Source of the DNA: an uncultured Gammaproteobacteria bacterium
GTDB lineage: Bacteria > Patescibacteriota > Patescibacteriia > Patescibacteriales > GWE2-39-37
DNA: 64,000 nucleotides
Assembly: GCA_964443495.1 (NCBI GenBank)
Contig: CAYUCS010000001.1
Span: 277,496 to 341,495, forward strand
Direction: 5' to 3'
The notes under the pieces are model-generated. The model ran no database searches. It was given only the letters and a program-made list of their open reading frames with translations, and had not been told where the DNA came from. Each line of letters begins with the position of its first letter. Positions within the stretch are counted from its first letter, which is position 1. Below are positions 17,920-26,613 of this stretch, piece after piece. Made by a program: the position numbers and the translations under genes.

Positions 17920-19545
17920 ATGCTTAAGAATCGCCAATTACTATTGAATGTTATCATGCTGTCCGCCGCCGTGGTGGCGATCGTCTGGACTAGCTATGAT
18001 TATCTTTATCCCTTGTTCGGTCCGGGGCGTGTCTTTTTCAAGTCGGCTGCCGCGGCGGATGAAGCGGCGGACAAGACGCCGCCGCAGATCAGTGATATTG
18101 CGGTAGCCGAGGTTACCCCCACTTCCACCACCATCACTTGGAAGACGGACAAGGATGCCGATTCATTGGTCAATTTCAATATCAGCCGCGACTACGGCAT
18201 CACCCGCGATTCGGCCTTAGTCAAAGAACATAAGCTGGTCATTCCTGAGCTCAATCCGTCGCAGCAGTATTATTATCGCATCATCGCCGTGGACAAGAAT
18301 GGCAACCAGAATATCTCGAACGACTTCGTTTTTACCACCAAAGACCTCGAGACCAAGACGACAACGCCGGCGGCTCCTCCGGTTGAGACGCAAGACCAGT
18401 CCGAAACGCCGGAACAGAACCTCGGCCCGGGCAATGGCGCGGGCGAAGGCGGCGGTTACAAGGATCCTCCCCAGGACGAGACCCAGGTGGTCAAGGAAAC
18501 AATGAATTTGCTTGAGCAGCTCGACAGCGAGGAGAGCTTGTCTTTGATCGAGTCGAAGATCCAGCAAATCGCCGAGGAGAAGGCCAAGCCGCCGGTAATC
18601 ACCGGCGATTTCGCCAAAGTCGAGGTCGGAACCGACTTCGCCAAGATTACTTGGAAGACCGACAAGGAATCGGATTCGATCGTGGCCTTGGCAGCTGAAA
18701 GCGAGTACGCTCCGACGGCTGCCAATCCTTATCGCTGGAAAGAAGGCGAGCCCAACCAGATGGTGCTGGTTCATGAAGTCATGGTTACCGGGCTGCGTCC
18801 CGCTACCACCTATCATTACCAAGTCACCTCGAAATCGAGCCTGGGCCTCGAGGGCGTCAGCGAGGACAACACTTTCAAGACCAAGTCGATCTTGCCGGAA
18901 ATATTCAACATCAACATCAGCAAGGTGCAGGAAGATTCGGCCACCATCGATTTTAATACGAACGTACCGTGCTCCTCAATCATCGAATATACCGATTTGA
19001 GCACTAACGCCACCAAGCTTGAGGGCAGCACGGCTGTGGTCAACGCCCATTCGATCCAGCTGAAGAATCTGAAATTCGATAGCTATTATTCGGCTATCAT
19101 CAAAGTGGAAAACGAGCAGGGCGAGAAAACGGTCTCGCAGCCGATCACCTTCACGACCATCAAGGACATCCAGCCGCCGGTAATCTCAAAGGTCAACACC
19201 GAATCGACGCTTTATCCGGGTACCGAGAATAAGACCCAGACGATTATCAGCTGGCGCACCGATGAAGGCTCGATGTGCCAATTCTTCTACGGCCAGGGCC
19301 TGGCCTCGAGCAAGGATGCGAGCACGTTGCCCAAAGAAGAAGATTATATCACTAACCACGTCCAGGTGGTGACCGAATTCCAACCGGCCACGGTCTATAA
19401 GTTCTGGATCGAGTGCTATGATAAGACCAAGAACCGCTCCAAGTCGGAAGACTACACCATGTTGACCCCGGCACGCGAGCAAAGCATCTTGGACCTTATC
19501 ATCAAGAACTTCGAAGGCACCTTCGGCTGGTTAAAGAAGAAATAA
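17920..19545 (+). CDS. Membrane-anchored protein with four FN3-like domains
   Basis: N-terminal TM: LLLNVIMLSAAVVAIVW. Four repeats follow the pattern ...ITWKTDK.(A/S)DS.V........Y......H.....L.P...Y.Y......., for example TTITWKTDKDADSLVNF...QQYYYRIIAVDKNGN and AKITWKTDKESDSIVAL...TTYHYQVTSKS. Confidence 0.75.
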   Translation: MLKNRQLLLNVIMLSAAVVAIVWTSYDYLYPLFGPGRVFFKSAAAADEAADKTPPQISDIAVAEVTPTSTTITWKTDKDADSLVNFNISRDYGITRDSALVKEHKLVIPELNPSQQYYYRIIAVDKNGNQNISNDFVFTTKDLETKTTTPAAPPVETQDQSETPEQNLGPGNGAGEGGGYKDPPQDETQVVKETMNLLEQLDSEESLSLIESKIQQIAEEKAKPPVITGDFAKVEVGTDFAKITWKTDKESDSIVALAAESEYAPTAANPYRWKEGEPNQMVLVHEVMVTGLRPATTYHYQVTSKSSLGLEGVSEDNTFKTKSILPEIFNINISKVQEDSATIDFNTNVPCSSIIEYTDLSTNATKLEGSTAVVNAHSIQLKNLKFDSYYSAIIKVENEQGEKTVSQPITFTTIKDIQPPVISKVNTESTLYPGTENKTQTIISWRTDEGSMCQFFYGQGLASSKDASTLPKEEDYITNHVQVVTEFQPATVYKFWIECYDKTKNRSKSEDYTMLTPAREQSILDLIIKNFEGTFGWLKKK

Positions 19546-19549
19546 GCAT

Positions 19550-20878
19550 ATGATAGAACCGATTATCCGCATCAAGAACATGAGCGTAATCTACAACAAG
19601 GGCAAGGAGAACGAATTCCGAGCCGCTGATAACTCAAGCATGGAAATCTATCCTGGCGAGTATATCATCTTCTTCGGCCCGTCCGGCTGCGGCAAGTCGA
19701 CCACCCTATATACCATCCTGGGCGTGCTGCCGCCGACCGAGGGCGTAGTCATGGTCAAAGGGGAGAATCCTTATGCCTATACCGCCGAAGAGTTGGTGAA
19801 TTATCAGACTTCGGTCATCGGTATTATGTATCAGGCTTTTTATCTTATTCCTTCACTGACCATCGCCGATAACGTGACCCTGCCGCTGATCTTCAAGGGC
19901 GTGCACCCGAGCATCCGCAAGAAACGCGCCCAGGAACTGCTTGACCGTTTCGGCGTGGGCAAGCACGGTCACAAGCTGCCCGAAGCCTTGTCCGGCGGCC
20001 AAACCCAAAGAGTCTCGGTCGCCCGCGCCTTCGTCAACGACCCGGAAATCCTCCTGGCCGACGAGCCGGTCGGAAACTTGGACTCGATCTCGGCCGGGCA
20101 GGTTATGGACACCCTGAATGAAATCAATCAGAAGGACAAGAAGACGATCATCCTGGTTACCCATGATGCCAAGTACCTGCCGTATGCCCATCGCGTCATC
20201 TACATCAAGGACGGCCGGGTGGTGCGCATCGTGCCGAATCCGGAGAAGAAGCAGATCGCCCGCGTGGACCAGCAGAAGAATCTGATTACCGAGATGGAGC
20301 AGTTGGTCAAAGTCCATCCGTACTTGTCGCCGAGCGAGCTCAAGGTGAAGAGCATCATCAACTACCTGACGCAGGATTTCACTTTCGAGCAGCTGCAGCG
20401 CTTGGAGGATATTTCCAAGCTGATGATTGACGGCAAGATGAATTCCGAGAATTTCTACGCGCTTTTGGTCAAAGAGTTCAAGGATGGCGGCGTCGGGGTC
20501 AAGCCCGGCTTGGCCGAAGTCATGACCGAGAAGATAGACAAGATCCTGGCCCAGTCCAAGGACATCCGGCGCTATCGCCGGCGCCTGGAGCGCAATAATT
20601 TTTTCGATACCGACAAGGACCTGATCAACAAGCTGGTCAAGTATATGATGGATGAATACGGCCACGCCGTAACCGCGACGCAGAAGCGGCGGCTCAAGGA
20701 CACGGTCTACAACCGCGTAGCCGGCTTGAAGAAGATGGATGAGTTCCTTGGATCGCTGATGGCGCCGGTCGACAAGGGCGGCTTGGGTTTCGACAAAGAG
20801 ATGGCCAACCGCTTGACCCAGTATTTCGAGAAGTTGTTGATGCAAGGATTGGAAACCGAGGACAAGGGAGGACACTAA
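19550..20878 (+). CDS. ABC transporter ATP-binding protein (MacB/LolD-like NBD) with a ~215-aa C-terminal extension of unknown function
   Basis: Walker A GPSGCGKST, signature LSGGQTQRVSVARAF, Walker B ILLADEPVGNLD, H-loop VTHD. Residues ~225-442 (nt ~20222-20875) are helical and charged with no recognisable motif. Confidence 0.9.
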   Translation: MIEPIIRIKNMSVIYNKGKENEFRAADNSSMEIYPGEYIIFFGPSGCGKSTTLYTILGVLPPTEGVVMVKGENPYAYTAEELVNYQTSVIGIMYQAFYLIPSLTIADNVTLPLIFKGVHPSIRKKRAQELLDRFGVGKHGHKLPEALSGGQTQRVSVARAFVNDPEILLADEPVGNLDSISAGQVMDTLNEINQKDKKTIILVTHDAKYLPYAHRVIYIKDGRVVRIVPNPEKKQIARVDQQKNLITEMEQLVKVHPYLSPSELKVKSIINYLTQDFTFEQLQRLEDISKLMIDGKMNSENFYALLVKEFKDGGVGVKPGLAEVMTEKIDKILAQSKDIRRYRRRLERNNFFDTDKDLINKLVKYMMDEYGHAVTATQKRRLKDTVYNRVAGLKKMDEFLGSLMAPVDKGGLGFDKEMANRLTQYFEKLLMQGLETEDKGGH

Positions 20879-20894
20879 AATTGTAAATGTATAT

Positions 20895-22088
20895 ATGAGA
20901 GTCCAAGACACTGCCAGATTAGCCACGCGCATGTTCAAGACCCGGCCAGCCAGAACCTGGCTGACGATTCTTGGCATTGGCGTCGGTATCGCCGCCGTGG
21001 TCGTCTTGGTCGGCCTGGGTTACGGCCTCCAAGGCATCATTTTGGAAAAGATCGTCTTCGGCGAGGCTTTGCTGAGCTTGAACGTCAATGCGCCTTCATC
21101 AAAGGCGGTCATTTTGGATAAGAAGAGCTTGGAAATGCTCGGCAAGGTCGAGCACGTCATGGATGTGGCGCCGATGACCAGCTACACCTCGCTGGTCAAG
21201 TTCGGCGAGCTGACTGGCAGCATCTTCGTGCGCGGCGTCAATCCCAATTATTTCAAATATGCCGGCGTCGTGCCGCTTGAAGGCTCGTTGTTCAATACTG
21301 GCGAATCGAACAAGGTCGTCCTGTCGACGGCAGCTTTGAAGCTATTCGAAATCGAGCCCAAGGCGATCATCGGCAAGCGCGTCAGCTTCAAAGTGTTCGT
21401 TCCGGGCAATACGGCCGACGATGTCCAGGAGGTTCCGCTGGGCAAGGAGTATGATGTCGTCGGCGTCGTCGATGACGCCTCTTCGATCTACGCCTTCGTG
21501 CCGCTCTCCGAGCTGACTTCGAAATTTTCAGTCAACACTTACGAAAGCGCCCGCGTCAAGGTCGAGAGCAATGAGTTCTTGACCGGCGCCGAGGACGCCA
21601 TCATTAAGAAGGGGTATGTCGTGACCGCCTTGTCCAAGACGGTCGAACAGGCGAATAAGATCTTCAGCGGCATCCAGATCATTTTGGCGATCTTCGGCGG
21701 CATCGCTTTGGTCGTGTCGGCCATCGGCATGTTCAACACCATGACCGTCACCTTGATGGAAAGAACCAACGAAATCGGCATCATGCGCACCATCGGCGGC
21801 TCGCCGACCAATATCAAGGTCATGTTCTTATCCGAGTCGATCGTCATGGGCTTTTTAGGCGGCGTGGTCGGCATCGCCATCGGCGTGTCCGGCGGCCTGT
21901 CGTTGAATTTCCTGTTGAACTCGATCGCTACCCGCATGGGCGGCACTGCCATCACCTTGTTCCGCTTTCCGATACCTTTCTTGCTGATGATCGCCGCTTT
22001 CGGCGCCGTCATGGGCTTCTTGACCGGCGTCTATCCGGCCCGGCGTGCCGCCTCCCTGAGTCCGCTTGACGCCATCAGATACAAATAG
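20895..22088 (+). CDS. ABC transporter permease, FtsX/MacB family (4 TM, large extracytoplasmic loop)
   Basis: 397 aa. TM1 is WLTILGIGVGIAAVVVLVGLG, then a ~230-aa loop, then three C-terminal TMs including ERTNEIGIMRTIGGS, which is typical of the FtsX-like permease core. Confidence 0.85.
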   Translation: MRVQDTARLATRMFKTRPARTWLTILGIGVGIAAVVVLVGLGYGLQGIILEKIVFGEALLSLNVNAPSSKAVILDKKSLEMLGKVEHVMDVAPMTSYTSLVKFGELTGSIFVRGVNPNYFKYAGVVPLEGSLFNTGESNKVVLSTAALKLFEIEPKAIIGKRVSFKVFVPGNTADDVQEVPLGKEYDVVGVVDDASSIYAFVPLSELTSKFSVNTYESARVKVESNEFLTGAEDAIIKKGYVVTALSKTVEQANKIFSGIQIILAIFGGIALVVSAIGMFNTMTVTLMERTNEIGIMRTIGGSPTNIKVMFLSESIVMGFLGGVVGIAIGVSGGLSLNFLLNSIATRMGGTAITLFRFPIPFLLMIAAFGAVMGFLTGVYPARRAASLSPLDAIRYK

Positions 22089-22721
22089 ATGAAACCGCTT
22101 GAGAACAAATACGTCCGAGCCTTGGCTTACTTGTTATTAGTCATGCTCAATGTGCTTTCGTTTTACGCATTGTACCAGGTTTCGCAGCATGAGCGCATGA
22201 TTTCAGGCAGTCAAGGCGCGGCCGGCACGGAAAAGGCGGCGGAGCAGGGGATATTCTCACGCATTAGCCATCGGCTTTTCAGCAATGAGCAAGCAGCCGA
22301 TGAGGAGGCCAGGGTGGTGGCTGCGAAATTGGCGGCAGCCCCGAAGGAACCGAAGTTCTCTCGCATCTCCTTCCTATTCCAAACGCCGTACATCGGCAGT
22401 TTGGCCATTCCGGAATCGTGGGAAGGCAAATATGCCACCCGCGAGACCGGCCAATCGATTGATTTTTTGTATGCTTTGCCAGGCGAAGCGGGCACGCCGA
22501 TCTTTACCGTCACCTTGCTTTCGAAAAAAGAATGGGAAAAGCAGAAGCCGGCCAAGCCGGAGCTGCAGGCCATCAAGGAGCTGCCCGAGCACGTCTTTGT
22601 CGTCAAGCTGCACAACGCCGTCATTGCGGACAAGCAGCGAGCGGAGGAGTACCTGCGGATGACCAATGAGGCCAAAGTTTCCTGGAACAGCTTCAGGAGC
22701 TATGTTCAACCAAAAAATTAA
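22089..22721 (+). CDS. Hypothetical membrane-anchored protein, translationally coupled to the permease
   Basis: Its ATG directly abuts the TAG of the upstream gene (tagATG). N-terminal TM: ALAYLLLVMLNVLSFYALY. No recognisable domain. Confidence 0.6.
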   Translation: MKPLENKYVRALAYLLLVMLNVLSFYALYQVSQHERMISGSQGAAGTEKAAEQGIFSRISHRLFSNEQAADEEARVVAAKLAAAPKEPKFSRISFLFQTPYIGSLAIPESWEGKYATRETGQSIDFLYALPGEAGTPIFTVTLLSKKEWEKQKPAKPELQAIKELPEHVFVVKLHNAVIADKQRAEEYLRMTNEAKVSWNSFRSYVQPKN

Positions 22722-22746
22722 TTTAAGGTTAGACAAAAAAAAGTTG

Positions 22747-22776
22747 TTGTCACTGAAACGTAAAATGTGGTAAAAT
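22747..22776 (+). promoter_or_regulatory. Putative promoter (extended -10) of ORF 22851
   Basis: TTGTCA (22747-22752), 18-nt spacer, TGgTAAAAT (22768-22776). Confidence 0.45.
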
Positions 22777-22850
22777 ATCAATAGAAGATTTCTTCAGGAA
22801 TATTTTTGTGTAATTGTTTTCAAATATTAATTTATTAATATTCCCCATGC

Positions 22851-24593
22851 ATGTCGCAAGCAATTAAAAAACAACTCAAACGATCGTATCCCGTCGTGGC
22901 CGGTTTTTTGATTCTCAATATTATCATTTCAGCCGTGTTTTTCAACATGCGTTTTGATTTGTTGACGATCAGCTGGCTTAACAGTGCTTTAGCTCAAGTC
23001 GACACTGCCACTAGTTCGGTTACGGTCAAGAATGCCGCACCGGCCTTTACGGTCAATGCGGCTGAAAATCCGACTTCTTCTTCGACCTCGCCGGTCAATG
23101 TCGGCGCCAATATCAGTTTCATCGGTACGGCTGATGATCCGGAAAACAACAGCTATTATTTGATTGTCTGCGACAGCACGGCCACGGCCACTCCCGGTGC
23201 CGGCGGCGCCGCGCCTACCTGCAGTGCGGGTAACACCATCAACTGCGTCTCAGGCCTAACCGCCGACACCGCCCAAGCGTCCTGCACTTATTCCAATGTG
23301 GCTAATCCTGGCGGTGAAACCAAAGATTGGGCGGCCTTTGTCTGCGATAATCATGCTACCCAAGCCCAGTGTACCACCGTCGGCAATTCCGGCTCGGGTG
23401 ATTCCGGCTCTCCATATTATGTCAATCATGCTCCGACCTTTACGGCCGTGGCCACGACCGACGATAACAAGGATCCGGGCGGCATCTTTACGATCGAGGG
23501 CAGTGTCGGTGACACTGACGTCCAAGGCGGCGGCGATACCCTGACTATGAATGTCTGCAGCACCAATAGCTGGTCAACGACTACCGGTTGTGCCGCCTCC
23601 ACGCTCTGCACCGGCACTACGACCGGTGCTACCGTTTCCTGCACCTACACCAGCCCGGTGCCGATGGCTCATGGCACCTCCTCATACTATGCTTTCGTCA
23701 AGGATTGGCACGAATTAGCCTCGGCCGCCAATTCTCGAACTAGCGTAATTACTACCAATAATGTGGCTCCCGCTGTAAGCAACATAACTTTTAATAATGT
23801 AAGTGATATTACTTTGAATATTAAGGGTGCGGGCGCTAAAACCGTTTGGGCGACCTCTACTTCCGTTACGGATAACAACGGCTGCGCTGATATAGTTGAT
23901 GCCACTAGCACGATATATTATTCAGCGGTAGCTGGCGGTGCTGGCTGTGCAGCTGATGACAATAACTGCTACAAAGCGACTGCAGCAGCGTGCAATGTCA
24001 GTGATTGTTCTGGCGGTGTTGATACGGTAGCCACTGTCGCCTGCAGTGTCGGCTTAGCATATCATGCCTTGCCGACCAATGGCGATGGTTCAGATGGTAA
24101 TCCTTATTGGAGCAATAACTGGATAGCTGCAATATTCGCTTATGACGAAACTTTGTCATCAAGCTTAGCAACAAGTTCCGGTAAGGAGGTTATCGTTGCC
24201 CCTGCGCTAGAGGTTTCCGAGTTAACTATTCCTTATGGAATTTTGCAAGCTGGGCAGAATACCGGCGCTTACAACGCAACTACTACTGTCTTGAATTACG
24301 GCAACTGTCCATTGGCCAGTCAGTTTGAGGGTACGTGGATGTCTAATGGCGGTAATCACATTGCGGAAAATAATCAGAAATACGATTTATCAACTGCTGT
24401 TTATGGATCGCTGACCTACAACTTGTCTTCAACCACTCCCCAAACCTTGAATCTTTCCAATAAGCCGACCAGTGCAGCTGATGTGACCAGGCCGGTTTAC
24501 TGGGGCATTGCCATCCCAGCCTTACTGCCTTCGGGAGATTATACTGGCACGAACACCTTTACGCCTCTTATTAACGCTGGCGGAACTTGGTAA
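22851..24593 (+). CDS. Membrane-anchored Cys-rich surface protein, a stand-alone paralog of the giant protein's C-terminal module
   Basis: N-terminal TM: YPVVAGFLILNIIISAVFF. Residues ~60-580 are collinear with the last ~520 aa of ORF 4557-17819. Confidence 0.8.
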   Translation: MSQAIKKQLKRSYPVVAGFLILNIIISAVFFNMRFDLLTISWLNSALAQVDTATSSVTVKNAAPAFTVNAAENPTSSSTSPVNVGANISFIGTADDPENNSYYLIVCDSTATATPGAGGAAPTCSAGNTINCVSGLTADTAQASCTYSNVANPGGETKDWAAFVCDNHATQAQCTTVGNSGSGDSGSPYYVNHAPTFTAVATTDDNKDPGGIFTIEGSVGDTDVQGGGDTLTMNVCSTNSWSTTTGCAASTLCTGTTTGATVSCTYTSPVPMAHGTSSYYAFVKDWHELASAANSRTSVITTNNVAPAVSNITFNNVSDITLNIKGAGAKTVWATSTSVTDNNGCADIVDATSTIYYSAVAGGAGCAADDNNCYKATAAACNVSDCSGGVDTVATVACSVGLAYHALPTNGDGSDGNPYWSNNWIAAIFAYDETLSSSLATSSGKEVIVAPALEVSELTIPYGILQAGQNTGAYNATTTVLNYGNCPLASQFEGTWMSNGGNHIAENNQKYDLSTAVYGSLTYNLSSTTPQTLNLSNKPTSAADVTRPVYWGIAIPALLPSGDYTGTNTFTPLINAGGTW

Positions 24594-24615
24594 AAATTAT
24601 CTGCAATATATATGA

Positions 24616-24642
24616 AAGAGGCGCCTTCGGGCGCCTCTTTTG
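24616..24642 (+). terminator. Rho-independent terminator
   Basis: aagaggcgcc-ttcg-ggcgcctctt gives a 10-bp stem with a UUCG loop, followed by a T-run. Confidence 0.85.
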
Positions 24643-24800
24643 TGTAAAACTTTAATCTTAGCCTTAATATCATTAAAAAAAGGGTTAAAATCAAGGCATT
24701 TTTCTCCTTGAAAAATGATAGTGGATTATAGTATAATATAAAGGAATATTAATATATATTTGCGGGATATATTTTTTTGTATTGGGCGAATTTTTAGAAT

Positions 24801-25418
24801 ATGAACAAGGTCCAAATCGCGGTCTATGGGGCAATCGTTTTTTCGTTCTTTTATTATCTGATCAGATTTACTTTTGACCTGCTTCTGCGTGGCTTTGCGC
24901 CGGTCGTTTCCTCGCGTCCCTGGGTGATTGAGACCTTGATTGATGAATTGAAAAAGAACAAGATTAAGGAGAACCCGGTAATTTACTCGTTAAGTTGCGG
25001 CAAGTCCGGCTTCCTTTATTTCGTCGGCAAGGCTTTTCCGAACGCTACCTTGGTCGGCGTAGAGAACGACTTCTTGCTTTATCTGCTTGAGCGGATACAG
25101 GTCATGATCAGGCTGCTTGATATCAAGGTGCTGTATCAGAAGCGGCTCTACAATCTGGATGTCAGCCGAGCGAACGTGATTTATTGCTATTTGGGGGTCA
25201 AATATCTGCGCGAACTGCCGAAGAAATTCAAATTCGAGTGCAAGCCCGGAACCTTGATCATCAGTGTCGGCTTTCCGATTCCGAATTTGCCGGAAAAGAA
25301 AGTTTTGGAAATCTCCCAACAGCAAGGACGTCTGGATTTCCTGTCCAAGCGCAAGATTTTTTCTCCGAAAAAGAAGGAGGGCAAGCGGCCTCATCTGATA
25401 TATATTTACGAAATCTAA
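24801..25418 (+). CDS. Hypothetical membrane protein, possibly with a class I methyltransferase-like fold
   Basis: N-terminal TM: IAVYGAIVFSFFYYLI. IYSLSCGKSGFLYF...LVGVENDF weakly resembles SAM-binding motif I and the post-I acidic residue. This is a weak call. Confidence 0.35.
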   Translation: MNKVQIAVYGAIVFSFFYYLIRFTFDLLLRGFAPVVSSRPWVIETLIDELKKNKIKENPVIYSLSCGKSGFLYFVGKAFPNATLVGVENDFLLYLLERIQVMIRLLDIKVLYQKRLYNLDVSRANVIYCYLGVKYLRELPKKFKFECKPGTLIISVGFPIPNLPEKKVLEISQQQGRLDFLSKRKIFSPKKKEGKRPHLIYIYEI

Positions 25419-25437
25419 TCGAGAGGGTATTCCAATA

Positions 25438-26526
25438 ATGAAAAAGGGTATAATAATCAATTTTTTCGGAACCATAGCAGTAGCGCTGTGCCTTTTGGGG
25501 TACGCCAAGAGCGCTTCGGCCGGTTTTGGCATCTCGCCGCCCTATCTGAAGAACCAGCAGCTGGTGCCGGGGTCCCGCTTCGAACAGCAGATCACCCTTT
25601 TGCGCTCTTCAGCTGATGAAGACCTTAGAGCAACCATCAAGGTCAACGCTCCGGAAATCGCCCCCTGGATTACGATCGACAAGGGCGAGGAGTTCGTTCT
25701 GCCGAAGGGCGAGGTCCAAGTGCCGATGATCGTGACGGTCAATGTGCCTAAGAGTGCCGAGTTGGGCAATTACAAAGGCAGTATCAATATCAAGGTCGCC
25801 TCAGCCAATGCTGGCGGCGCTGGCGTGGCCATCGCACTTGGTGCCCGCGTGGACATCGATTTGACCCTTACCAATGTCGCCAACAGCGACTTCGTGGTAA
25901 AGACCGCCGCCATCCCGGATTTCGAGATGCTTGAGTGGCCCTGGAACTGGAAGATCTTCAGTGCCTTCCTTCATCGTGCTACCGTCGTCTTGAATATCGA
26001 GAATATCGGCAATGTAGAAACGGCTCCGTCCAAGGTCGCTTTGGAGATTTTGGATATTTCCAAGACCAAGACGCTTGAGAATCTGGTGGACAAATCGATC
26101 GAAAAGATACCCTCGTTCTCGACCAAGGAAGTCGCCGCCCATTTCCCGACCAAGCTCGGCATCGGGCAATATTGGGGCAAGGTCAAGGTCTATAAGGGCA
26201 ACGACATAGTAAACGTCTATGAAATCGCTTTCACCATCGCCAAACCGGGCGAATTGCCCAACGGCGGGCCGAGCCTCGGCCTATTGCCTTGGCTGCTCAT
26301 GGCCGGCTACCTCGTCGCTGCTATTATCATCTTGGCTTTCTTGATAAAGATCAGGATCTGGCGCTTGACAGGCAAGGGCTTTATCCTGCTAGTGGCTCAA
26401 TTCTTCGCTCCGATCAGGCCGGTTGCCAAGGCGATGTCTAAGCAGACCAATAATCTGAAGACAAGCTTCTGGCGCTGGGTCGGTACCAAGGTTTCCCAGC
26501 ATAACGATAACGATCGGCGCAATTAA
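25438..26526 (+). CDS. Secreted, C-terminally membrane-anchored surface protein (layout reminiscent of DUF916/DUF3324-type Gram-positive surface proteins)
   Basis: Signal peptide ...GYAKSASA, then GFGISPPYLKNQQLVPGSRFEQQITL.... Two beta-rich halves, C-terminal TM LLPWLLMAGYLVAAIIILAFLI, and a basic tail. Confidence 0.5.
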   Translation: MKKGIIINFFGTIAVALCLLGYAKSASAGFGISPPYLKNQQLVPGSRFEQQITLLRSSADEDLRATIKVNAPEIAPWITIDKGEEFVLPKGEVQVPMIVTVNVPKSAELGNYKGSINIKVASANAGGAGVAIALGARVDIDLTLTNVANSDFVVKTAAIPDFEMLEWPWNWKIFSAFLHRATVVLNIENIGNVETAPSKVALEILDISKTKTLENLVDKSIEKIPSFSTKEVAAHFPTKLGIGQYWGKVKVYKGNDIVNVYEIAFTIAKPGELPNGGPSLGLLPWLLMAGYLVAAIIILAFLIKIRIWRLTGKGFILLVAQFFAPIRPVAKAMSKQTNNLKTSFWRWVGTKVSQHNDNDRRN

Positions 26527-26613
26527 GGATAAGCCGCTGATCCTGATCCGGCCACGGACCCTCTTTTATACACGCGCAGTTAGCGTCTTGGATAACTGCC
26601 TTTGAGCCATTTT

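Noticed and set aside
19853-20977. 374-aa ORF on the minus strand
   Set aside because: It is entirely antisense to the ABC ATPase gene, which has unmistakable Walker and signature motifs. The sequence is low-complexity and rich in R, L, V, D and Q, as is typical of shadow ORFs in moderately GC-rich coding DNA.
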